Shown: positions 23,982 through 35,300 of the stretch, one piece after another | Position numbering within the stretch: the stretch's first letter is position 1 | Layout: every line of letters starts with the position of its first letter | From: Marsupella aquatica | Taxonomy: Eukaryota; Plantae; Marchantiophyta | Reading direction: 5' to 3' | NCBI GenBank assembly: GCA_973895155.1 | Contig: OZ316895.1 | Span: forward strand, 2,591,659 to 2,655,658 | Length of the DNA: 64,000 nucleotides | Position numbers and translations under genes: made by a program | Notes under the pieces: model-generated | Seen by the model: only the letters and a program-made list of their open reading frames with translations | Told to the model about the DNA's origin: nothing | Database searches by the model: none

Positions 23982-26900
23982 TTATACAAGAGTGCTAAAC
24001 AGGGACTCATTCTGCGTCAGGCATGCTCCTGCTATCTCTGCCATCTGTAGCCTTTTCGAAGACCAAATATTGCGAAATTCCAAGCTCTGTGCTGCATAGC
24101 GTGACGATGGTGAAAGCCGCTCCTTCGGGTTTTGGGTACAAGCAATGGTCACACAACTCTCCCCAACCTTCGGTGGAGAGATGATTATTGTATGATTGTC
24201 ATCCAAAATACCATCATGTATTATTTGCGATTGGTCTGAAGTCCTTTCTTCCTGCAGATGAAGGTGCTTTTCGCCAGAAACCTGCTTCAACAATTGTGTG
24301 GTCTTCACAAAATAGTTGTTTACACATTCATTTACTTTCTTGTCTTTGGCAAGAATCTCCGGTTGAACTGCGTCAAAGCTTATGGCATTCTCTGTGATTC
24401 TGTCCCTGTCATGTGTTCGATATTGCTTATCACTTGCTCTACTATTGAAAGAAGAATATCATGAAGATAGCCAGTTCTCCACATCCGTAGGGTTATTTAG
24501 TATTGTTCAGCAAATTAGTTGTTCATTATGTGCAAGGGAGTAAGTAAACGAACAGCAAAATAGTGCTACTTCACCGAAGCTCAGGATGTGGATCTGTTAG
24601 CAATGATGGATAATCCAAGTTGGAAGTTATGTGTACCCTGATATCGGATCCGAAGGCTGCACCACATAAAGTTGATGAAGCGTTTGAACGACACTTTTAA
24701 GAGTACGGTCCTGATGAACAAGGTCTGCAGATGGAAGGAAACTTGGGACCAGAAGCATCTTCAGCTTCTTCGCGCTATCATTCATCTGTTCAGATTCCTG
24801 GAGTGATCGTGTAGGTGAAGTGGCGACCTTTGCATGAGCTCCCAGAAATCTACACTCTGCGCCAACAATTAAAGATATTTCTTGCTGACGAAGGCGACTA
24901 GTGGAACAGTTTGTTGTTGCTGTTGTCACTTGTAATTATGATCGGAAATGGCCATCTAGATCTAGAATGTCTTTACCCTTGTTTTACAGAGAATTGATAG
25001 TGTTCGTTATGAAATTTCTTGAAATGTCATAGGCGTTCTTGTAATTGAGAAAATCACGTGTAGAAGAAAAGCAGAAGCAACAACTGGTTGAAGGGGTTCT
25101 GTCACCCACCTATCATTGTGTCAAGTGACGAGGCTCCGTTTAGTGAAGGGGGTCCGTTGCAAGCTGACGTAGCCATATCTGTTACGTCCGGATAAGAAAA
25201 CACCTGAGGCAAAATAGTGCAGACCTTTGGTCACTAACCTCTCGCTCTTTCACGGGACTGAGGACTACCAAATCCCGAATTAGTTGCTGAAGGCGAAATA
25301 ACACTGCTTGTATTCTGTTTAGGGGACTGGACTGTATGACTATTACTGCGCTTGTTAGAATACTGCCCGAGTCGATAGGACCCAAGTACGGTACTGCGGT
25401 TAGACCCTAGGAATTTTTATGTGGTTGCCTTGGTTTTCTCACACAAGGAATCTTCAACGTCGTTAACAATTGTTTTACATTTGGTGCAAGAAGCCAAACT
25501 ATGGAGAGAGAACGAAGTACCTTACCTCTAATTTGCAGACTTTGCTGGAAGCCAATTTCATTGGACTCTCCGGGCTGACGATAAACAGTGGCGAGTCATT
25601 ATGGTTCTCCCCGGAGCTCCTCATCTTGTTCCTCGCAATCTCTGACTTCAGGAGCAAAGGTGACAGGTTTCCAGCCTGCCGGATTTGATGATTGCCGACT
25701 ACCAATGAAGCCTGTTTCGTGTCGAGATTAGAAGCTCTCCCTTTTAACACCGAGAGATTTTGACATGGCTGCCGAAACTCCTCATCTTTGCCTGGTGAGA
25801 CATCGCTGGTAGTTGACTGTCGGATCTGCGTTGTGTTACCACCCTGGGCCGGATTTTCTCTAGTATCTGGCTGAGAATCAGATGGTTGTCGCAATATGCT
25901 GCCCGCTTGCCTCTGAAGAGTATCAGGTCCCGCCTTGCTAAATTCAACAACATCGAGAGTTCCTCGTTTGTTTGCTCTGGCAAAAACTGGCGGCCTGCGA
26001 ACGCCGGACTTTTATTAGATGTCGGAACCATGTCTAGAGGACGTGCATTGGCGGGGATTGCAGACGATAATTATTTTATTCCTCGGTAATCGCTTCATAT
26101 TTTCGGATAGCTGTTTACAACTCTTAGTAACCTACAGGAAGACCATCATAATTATGCAAGGAATGTATTTTAGTAGAAACGGTCAGATGGTGGCATGCAA
26201 TCATAAATACAACGATAGTCTCGTCTACTTCTCTGACAGACCAAGCAGCTTCGGATGTATTCAGGTCGGATGAATTTCTCTGACAATAATGTGCTTTTTT
26301 CTTCCTGAAGATCTCATAGTGATTATCAGTCATTCGAAGTTGGCTGAAAGAAGAAATGAATCCATCGGGAGTCAGTTCACAAAGCCATGCTGGGAACAAC
26401 TACAGCGGGCATCAGTGAAATTGTCAACCAGTTTTCAGTTTCGTGCGTGTCCAATGCAGTTTTTAAAAGGTACCGTGGAGGTGGTCGTCGGATGGAAGTT
26501 GCGGAAAGTAAGTCCTTAAGCTGGGAATCTCGCTCGGATGCATGGAATAATCGACGGTTCACTGTCCTAGTCGCCGATTCAGCTTTTGAACCTCGATTAG
26601 GAGTCTTTGGAACTTCCGCGCCTTGATCCTGCGAGATTCTTTCATCATCATGAAATCAGATCTAAATCGAACTTCAGGACTAGGATTTGTTCGTCTCGTA
26701 TTGGTACTTTACAAATATTATCACGTCTCGAAATTACTATATCAATTGCACCGAAATAAGTCGAGGCTTTGATTGACAGAAGTTTCATCAAAGTTTTGAA
26801 TAACTGACTTAAACATTGGACTGACATGAGCTTGGAGGTTGCCTTACCTTCGAGACACTCCCAAAAGACAACTCAGGGGCTCGCTTAACAACTAACGGAC

Positions 26901-27058
26901 TAGTAAATCTTCTCATTTCAGGTTGACTCGAGTATCCATCCGTCGTAGACAAGATAGATACATCCGCTTCGCCGGGTGGAGAACTGCGAGTTACATGCAA
27001 GGGACTTGCGAATCTCCTTTTCATAGTTTCAAAGTTTCGTTTCAGGTTCTTAATTTCC
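23982..27058 (-). other. Possible multi-exon orphan gene or pseudogene, S/P-rich
   Basis: Chain of minus-strand ORFs; two end at GTAAGG donor-like sites (~26847, ~25525). No known domain; some ORFs overlap in different frames. Confidence 0.3.
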
Positions 27059-27857
27059 CTGTTGGATTTTCGTGCAGCTTCCGAAACCGTTGGTAAGAAG
27101 TCAGGTTGACATTTGTGTTTGTACTAACTCTCCTACTTGAAGGTCGGCATCGTTAACCCAGTCTGGAAGACTTGTAACAAGTTATCCTTCCAATCACTGC
27201 TGAAGTTGCGAGATACAAAGCAATATATGAATCGGGGTCAGTTGATCTGCCTGAAGTTCAAATACCACATTTGTCAAGGATCTGAAAATGTAACTCGAGC
27301 ATGTCTCTTTCTCCTACCTCCTGGGATTATGTGAAACACCGTAAGCGCTTTTACAAGCTCTAATATTAAGTACTTGAGAGTGTATTTTGCATTATTTGCG
27401 CCTCGGGAGAATTAGTGACCAAGGAGCCTGTCATAGCGTGCTTTCCAGATTTTTACTTGACAAGACAGATGGTGGAAGGAAGGCCTCACATTCACGGCAT
27501 TCTCTTACAACTTCGATCCTTAGCTCGTACCTCTATAATCCTAACTTAAAAGCATATCCGAAGTGGTGGAAGGTGCAGTAAAGCTACTGTAATGACATCA
27601 TATTCCCGAGCGAAGTGAATGCTCCTCGTAACAAAATAGCTGTCCCGTCCGTCTGCAGGGAGAAATCGCACGGTGCAGGGCAAGGAACCGAGCAAGATTT
27701 TTTGTTCAGTTGCTTGTTAGATCCTGATAACCAGGAGTCCCGATTGCCAGAGAGACGTTCAAGTGAACTGCAAGAGCCATCATTGCAGACATTTTACTCC
27801 GTGAAATTCAAAGATCACTGAATGCTCGAAAAGCCGGTGAACAGACAGAGAGTGTGT

Positions 27858-28125
27858 AAAGCTAAGATTTCTGTGCTCTGCTTTGCCAAACTGCTTAAAC
27901 CAAATGAATTAGCGAACGAAAACGAGACGTGTTAGTACAGCTAACATTTCTGTGCTGAGCTTTGCCAAACTGATTGAACCAAATGTAGTAATGAACGAAA
28001 ACGAGACACAGTGCTATAGAGCTAAGATTTCTTCGCTGGAGCTTCCGAAAATGCTTCGACCTAGTTGCGAACGATTTAAAACGAGACAGAGTGTTGATTA
28101 ATAGAGCTAAAATTGCTGCCCCGGT
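27858..28125. repeat. Degenerate tandem repeat, ~80 bp x3-4
   Basis: agctaa(g/c)atttc..gctttgccaaactg..aaccaaatg..gaacgaaaacgagac recurs. Confidence 0.75.
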
Positions 28126-28326
28126 GCTCTAACAAAAGGCTTCAACCGACTCTAGGTGCGAACCAATTAACGAATCGAACGCAAGGTAACGCTTCTGCAC
28201 CAAGACAACAACGTGAGTTTAAAGCGCTACTGCACCAACCGTTCTTTGCCCCGAGACTGCTGGAAGGTCTGTTTCTTCGGCCCAGCGCTCTGTTTCTGCT
28301 GTGCTCCACTTCGTCTCCTCGTGGCC

Positions 28327-28427
28327 GGACCCCTCTGGCTTCATGAGTGTTGGTGGATTGGCTCTCGGCTGTTCCTCGGACCCCTCTGGCTTCATGAGTG
28401 TTGGTGGATTGGCTCTCGGCTGTTCCT
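28327..28427. repeat. Tandem duplication, 51 bp x2
   Basis: ggacccctctggcttcatgagtgttggtggattggctctcggctgttcct occurs twice. Confidence 0.9.
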
Positions 28428-29288
28428 GCGCCAAGTGACCAGCCCGCCCCGAGAAAGTGTAGGGTAACCCATTCCCAAGGGTCTCGGTAACTCCACATCA
28501 CATATACGATACACCCCTGCAAACAGAGATAACCCTAGTTTTTTTTTTTTCAATCAATGAATGCAGCCACATTTTGATATGTGAATACCATGTGTGATTA
28601 CCAGCAGGGCATTCCCAAGGGTGGTAATGGCTACCCGAAGAAGTGTAGTGTAGTGCCAGATGACACCTGGCAGCAAGGCCAATTGAGTAATTTTTGTTGG
28701 GTGTAAAAGTTTTTGAGCCATGTGCAGAAGGTTAGGCCACGCTTAATATTTTTTGACGCTGCTATAATATGGCGACTACACCTTTCAGGGTTTTGTATTA
28801 CCCAGATCTGTTGTGTATTTAATGTACATTCACAAGGTGCATCATTTGTGTTATGTAGATTTTGAATTCAATTCAACACCCTTCTTGATGTTTGTAATTT
28901 TTGCCATCCTAGAGCTCTTCTTCCCTCTCATTTTACATTTTAATATTGTCCATTAGCAAATTCTATCACTTGAGAGATATGTTCATTTCTTCTAATGAGT
29001 GATAGAAAGAAATGGTTCAAATTTGTAAACCGTGTGTATAGTTTCTTTTCATGATTTGTTTCCTAAGTTTATTGTTTTGATAGATTTGAGTGTTGTTATC
29101 TAAGGCAAGTGAGTATCTATATCTTATGCACACAAATCTTTGGTACCTTTGTACCACATACTTGTACTTTTCCATGTTATTATGTGGATTTTTGGTTTTT
29201 GCATATGTTGTACTTCTACTCTTGCATTTTATCACACTAAATCTTAACAAATGTTATGCTATAGCCAAAAACAAATTAGATCACCTAT

Positions 29289-29322
29289 AACACAGTGACG
29301 ACCAAATGAGAAGTGTGACCAC
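29289..29322 (+). repeat. Left terminal inverted repeat
   Basis: ~34 bp matching the reverse complement of 41954-41988 with 1 indel and 2 mismatches. Confidence 0.9.
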
Positions 29323-29439
29323 ACTTCTCGTTTTGCCCGCGGCGAAAAAAGTTTCTAAGGCAAAAAAGTCTTGGATACGGAATTAGTATTCCCACTAAAA
29401 ACTAGTTTTTCAAATTGAAAAAATGGGAAAAATCGACAC

Positions 29440-30185
29440 GAATACGAAGATGGGATACGGCGTATCCCATTTCGGATCCAACCGCGGAATTCCAAAAACA
29501 AAAAAACAAAATGCAGTAAAAGTGCCGATATTGGTTTACCCGACAAGAATATTCCAAAACAATTCTTCTCAACGGTAACATTTAACCGACTGCGATGCAA
29601 TTGCAGTCAAATACTAACCACGGTCAGTGAGAAAACTATAAATAGGAGATCACCGCTTGAGAATTTTACGCTCATTTTTTCTCATTCTGTATACTCTTAC
29701 TCTCGACGAATGCATACCGTCTATACAAACTCGTATTCCCCGAAAATCAGTTTTGACGAACAGGTGAGAATCTTCCTGAAAATGGCGAGGACGAATCCCA
29801 AATGGGATACGGCGTATCCCAAACCGTATCCCGTTTGGGATTCAACCCTCAAATTTCAAGTTTTTATTTCACATTAGCTAAAAAAGGAGGTTGGATGCGA
29901 AGTGGGATACCCAACCTCCGAATATGAAGTATCGTAGACTCCAAATGTCAAAACCTCAACGTTGAATGCGAAATGGGATACAGCGTATCCCGTTTGGGAT
30001 TCACTCTTCAAATGTCCAGTTTGATTTATCTTTAGCTAAAAAAGGAGGTTGGATGCGAAGTGGGATACGGGGTATCCCATGTCGCATCCAACCTGCGAAA
30101 ATGAAGCATCTTAGACTCCAAATGTCAAAACCTCAACGTTGAATGCGAAATGGGATACGGCGTATCCCGTTTGGGATTCACTCTT
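29440..30185. repeat. Left subterminal cluster of ~40-bp palindromes, including a ~177-bp tandem duplication
   Basis: gaat(g/a)cgaa(a/g)tgggatac-nnn-gtatccc..t(c/g)g..ttc at ~29441, 29793, 29963, 30051 and 30140; half site at ~29892. Confidence 0.9.
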
Positions 30186-30871
30186 CAAATATCCAGTTTT
30201 GATTGCCCATGTGGTATTTACCTAGAGTTTAAACCTTATGGATTACTGATTGTTTCGCAGGCGAAGTTCAACTGAACTGTACGCACTGAAGCTCTTGCTG
30301 CCTTTCAGTGACCGACACCCACTCAAGCTTAAGCTTTTCTTGAAAAACGAAGTTTTCTCTTGTGAGTCTAATGGCGGTCCAAATCAAAACCTTGAGAAAC
30401 ATGCTCGTCGATTGTATAAGCGATTAGTTGCACTCAAAGTTCTTCGTCCTGGATTAGGCGCGCTATGGACGGGAGGCGTGGATCCACATGATAGTTTGAA
30501 TCCACTCCGAATAGAGTTTTGTGAAAAAAATGAGGACGAAGTTCCAATTCGGTCGAGGATATGTTTGAGTGGTTGTCTGCACTCTGTTAATTCCTCTTGT
30601 AACTATTGTCGTGATGCCAAAACAAATATCATCGATTGGCATATTTTTGTTGTCGGATTTGGAACGAAGATCCTTGGGTTAACTTATCGCGTTGAATTTT
30701 CTTGATTAGTGTGTAAGTGTTTAGGTGAACGTTCTTGGGTCAAACATTTTGTGAATATATTTTTCTTTTGATCAAAGAAATAAAATCAGTTTTTCCATCA
30801 CTGTTTTGTAGGTTGCTGAGAAAGAGCTCACCATCTCATTAATTACTCCAGGTATCCACTCTTATTTTGGA

Positions 30872-31424
30872 ATGGCAGTCACTAAGAACCCTGTCTTTAC
30901 AAGGTTAGCGATGTCATTCGACAAAGAGAAGAAACAAATTCAACAAAAAAGTGGCCAAAGGGAATCCGGATTGCTTTTGGATGGACTTCCTGACGAGATT
31001 GTTGAAACGTTCATTTGGCCCATTTTGAAAGTTTGTTGTATAGAGGATGAGTTTGATTCCTCCAAGAACCAAGCTGATGAAAGATTGATGCGATTAAAAA
31101 CCATGGTGTGGCTTGGATGCACCTCCAAGAAATGGAACCAGCTCGTAATTTGTACACGAGTCTGGGGGTATTCTTAGACTAGCAAAAAGCCAGCTTGAGG
31201 AAGTAAATGAAATGCTGACAAGCATTCCCGATAGAAAACCCCTTCAGAATGTTTATATTGAAGCTTTTGTTAGGATGGAAACACCAAATCTTCCTCCAAT
31301 TGATTTCTTAGGTTTATTTTGAAGGTCTTACCTAAATCGATTTCAAGAAGACTGGCACAATCTTGAGAAAGATGAGCAAGCGAGGCTCTTGGAAATGTAT
31401 GGGGAAGCTTCTAGTCTGGTTTAG
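30872..31424 (+). pseudogene. F-box-like cargo gene, frameshifted
   Basis: LLDGLPDEIVETFIWPIL..LGCTSKKWNQLV resembles an F-box. After a frameshift near 31165 another frame reads GILRLAKSQLEEVNEML..F*RSYLNRFQEDWHNL.. Confidence 0.55.
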
Positions 31425-31899
31425 AGCCATCTTGAATGGGCTCTTTGTAAAGACTCTTTTTAAGAATATCAACTTAGTTTATTTTGTGGCACAATTCCGA
31501 ATGAATAAAGAGTTTTGTGATTACCCTAGCATCAACCCGATTCGCTACGCGTAAAATCTATTTGGTTGAATACAAGGACTTGGGGATATGCCTTATCTCT
31601 AGTCCCATCAAGAGAAAAAAGTATACATAGACATCCGGACTCCAACCCTACGCTTTTGGATACACATTATCGCCTGTGGAAACCTTATCGCCAGTGGATA
31701 CGAAGGTGATAAAGTATAAATAGGAGTGCCTGGTCAAAAAAATTACTCTCATTTCTTTTTCTTCTCAACTTTATTTGCCTCCGCGTTTTTCTTGGGCCGT
31801 AACATCTCTATAGCTTTTCGTATTTGCTCGAATCGAAACCAAAAAATAGGTAAAAACTGAAGAAACTCTCCCCTCCTCGTTTGGTTAATTGTTGAATCC

Positions 31900-32340
31900 T
31901 GAGAGGGATATGCCGTATCCCCCTTTGTATTCAACTCTATTATTTGGCCTTCTTTTCAATGTTGAATGCGAGATGGGATACCCTCTTTTTAGTCTTCCAT
32001 CCGAACCTCCTCGCTCTTTCTTGACTTTGAATATGAACTGGGATACCGTGTATCCCATTTCGCATTCAACTCCCTCTTTTTCGTGCTTTGCATCAGACTC
32101 GAGGCAATTGTTGAGGTTGGATGCAAAGTGTGATACCGCGTATCCCATTTCGCATTCAAGTCCCTCTTTTTTGTTAATTGCATCAGACTCTGGACATTTG
32201 TTGTTGTTGGATGCGAAGTGGGATACCGCGTATCCCATTTCGCATTCAACTCCCTCTTTTTTGTTCTTTGCATTAGACTTGGCAATTGTTGATGTTGGAT
32301 GCGAAGTGGGATACCGCGTATCCCATCTCGCATTCAACTA
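31900..32340. repeat. Palindrome array (~88-90 bp period, 5-6 copies), probably in the 5'-UTR intron of the cargo gene
   Basis: gttggatgcgaagtgggataccgcgtatcccatttcgcattcaac-type units at ~32030, 32116, 32206 and 32294. Acceptor ttttcag| at 32377 lies just before ATG 32382. Confidence 0.9.
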
Positions 32341-32381
32341 CTTTTGGTCTGGTTCTAAGTGTGTCAATCTTTTTCAGGATC

Positions 32382-35300
32382 ATGTCGAACAAATCAAAGT
32401 CGTCTGGTTTGACCCAGTCTTCACGAACATGCATCGTTGATGAGATTTGGAAGAAAGACCTTTACACGGAGGAGAAACTCGTGAGGAATAGGTGGTACTT
32501 CAGGGATGCTCGGGCGATGGATATTCACAGAGCCTATGAAGGTCCAGCGATGTGGTTGGTTAAAGTTAAGGGTAAAGACCATTGCCATTATGGATTAGTC
32601 ATGGACACCGGGGAGGCGGATATCACCGACTCAAAAACAAAATAGCTAAAGAAGATTCCAATGTACCTTTGCATTCTTCCAAACAATGCCTTCACTGTAG
32701 TTGTCCTCAACTACGAGAAACTGATCGGGTCTCGATGAACACATTTCCTGATGACCCAATCTGCCAGCTAATTTTGGAAGTGCCGGAGATTGAGGACTTT
32801 TCTTATTGGTGTTTGAAATTTGTCTTGAAGTCTTGGAGGGTTGTTGAGGATTTTACGAAGGTAGCGTATAGGTCCGTTGTTGGAGCCGACTTTGGCGTCA
32901 AAGAGCGGCCTTTGAAGTTGAAAGTGACGAAGCCTACCGATCCGGCTTCGAAGTCAGGGGAGATGTCTGGAACACCCTCGACAAAGGAGAAATCTGCCAC
33001 AGTTTCTTTTAAGGAACCGGCAAAGAGGAAGCTTGCAGATCAACTCTCCGGGGAAGGTTCTAAAGTAGCGGTGTCAGGAGAAGCTATTGTCAAGAAGAAA
33101 TTGGATTGACGTGACATCCAGAAGCACGCACCTTCTGCACCAGGAAGTGTTGTCTCATCTTTGGTCCCACCAATTTCACAGACACCTTCTCAGATTCCTT
33201 CAACTTTGTCAAGTGGGCCTTCTTTATCATCTAGGGGAGCTGTTAAAGAAAAGAAAAACGATTCAACAGATATCACCACAGCTTTGCAGCGGGAAGAGAC
33301 ACTTGTGGTTCGTGAAGAAGTGTCTCGGTTGATGGAGACTAAGCGAGTTCAGAAGACAACAGTTGTTCTGAAAACAACTAACCTGCTTCTTGTTGACGAT
33401 ATTGACGATGAGAACTCAACGTTGGTTCGAACAGTCGATCGGTTGCATGTGGAGAACATCAAGACTTTGATGAAAATGAATCCGATAAATTTCACGATGC
33501 CATTTGTCTTGTTTGTGATCCCCAAAGACTGCCCGACAGTGACAGACTGGGACCCAGAAAAGGCAACAAGCTGGAGATATCGAGTGATTGGAGGTAATCA
33601 CGGTGCTCGGGCTAAGAGAGAATTGTATCAGGCTTATGGGAGAGAGATCTTCAATGAACTCCAAGCTTGGATGTATGCTGGTCTCACAAGGGAGGACATT
33701 CAAAAACTTAGCATCCAACATAATATTGATCAGGAGTACAGGAAAAAAATGAACAACATTGATCAAATCCGAACAACGCATAAGATTTTCCTTGCCAGAG
33801 GAATGGCAAAAACCAAGGAGACTAGAGAAGCGTGTGCGATGGAGGTTTGCCTCGACGGGTTTTTTTCGGGGGATGCCACAAGCCTGAAGAAGCATGAGCC
33901 TCTCTTCCAAATTGCGTTTAGGTCAGGTAAGGTCTGGGAACTCCAAGACCAGATCTTTGAGATGTGGAACAAGTTGGAGATCAAAGGGCAGAATAAGCAG
34001 AAGTCACCGATCAAGAAACTCAAGAAAGGAAAGGGAAAAGCGCAGTCGATTCCAAAAGCTTTGAATAAGCTTGCAGGGGGCCTTACCTTGACACCTTGGA
34101 GAGCAATCCAGGGAATTGAACACGACCAATTTTTTGAGTCCCTTCTTCTCCGAGTGAAGGACCGGATGATCTCTTTGGAGCAGATGGCAAAAGAAGCCGA
34201 GAGTTACAAGAAACTTGTGAAAATCAGCAAGCTTTTTGTTCAGTTGTCAGGGCAGCCAGACTGGGCGACTTGCAAACGAATGTTTCCGAAAGAAACAGAA
34301 TCTGCCGAGCTTGAAAGATGGAGTGGGAAATTGTCCGATGTGGTATGTTCTCCCCTTCCACTAATTGGACTTTTCTATTTGTTTTGCCATGTTCGGAGGT
34401 TTTCTTCGTGGATTTCTTGTTGGATGCGAAGTGGGATACGGGGTATCCCATCTCGGATTCACTTGTGCTTATTTGATGTTGGTGATATTTCAATGCAGTT
34501 TTTTCTTGGTTGAATGCGAAGTGGGATACGCGGTATCCCATCTCGTATTCACTTGTGGTTATTTGACGTTTGTGATGTTTCAATGTGGTTTTTGCTTGGT
34601 TGAATTTGAAGTGGGATATGCGGTATCCCATCTCGTATTCAATGTGGTTATTTGACGTTTGTGATATTTCAATGTGGTTTTTGCTTGGTCGAATGCGAAG
34701 TGGGATACGGGGTATCCCATCTCGGATTCACTTGTGGTTATTTGACGGTGGTGATGTTTGACTGTGGTTTTTGCTTGGTTGAATACGAACTAGGATACGG
34801 AGTATCCCATGTCGCATTCGTCGTCCAGATTTGATTGTTTGAATTCCTAAATGGTTATCTCCCCATTGTCTTTCCTCCAGATTCTTTTAACAAGTTTGCG
34901 TTTGCAGTTGAAAGCTTTTTCGAAGAAGAAGAACAAGGATGCAATTGGTGCCGATGCGGTTGAGAAGCCTACGGAGGAGCTGACTTCGAGTGTTATTCCC
35001 CCAGGGTTTAAGAATTACGTTCAAGAAGCGATTGAGAACTACAACCGTCGTCGTGGGATTGAAACGGTTGAAGTAGAGTCGAGTGACCATCGATGGAAAA
35101 ATGCTGATGGAAATTTTATCAGATATACATTGCATTGTGGAGATGTCAGGGCGCTGGATAAGTTTGTAGAGAAAAGGAATTACACACTTGCAATTGCAGA
35201 CATTCCTTATGGATTCAATGCGCCTGGCTCTGAAAATGATGAGGTCCCATTTTCAGAGAGTGATATTGTGGATCATATGGTAAATTGTTTTGCCAAGGTG

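Noticed and set aside
29291-29297. TIR contains CACAGTG, the V(D)J RSS heptamer (Transib/RAG link)
   Set aside because: No nonamer at 12/23 spacing; the element begins 2 bp further out; the TSD is 4 bp rather than 5; and the transposase motifs are not RAG1/Transib-like.
31885-32440. Repetitive ORFs on both strands (ECEMGY / DAKWDTAYP), also at 34224-34834
   Set aside because: These are translations of the palindrome arrays, not genes.
34420-34820. CRISPR-like appearance of regularly spaced palindromic repeats (also 31900-32340)
   Set aside because: The spacers are similar to each other, so whole ~90-bp units are tandemly duplicated. No cas genes are present and the context is a eukaryotic intron.
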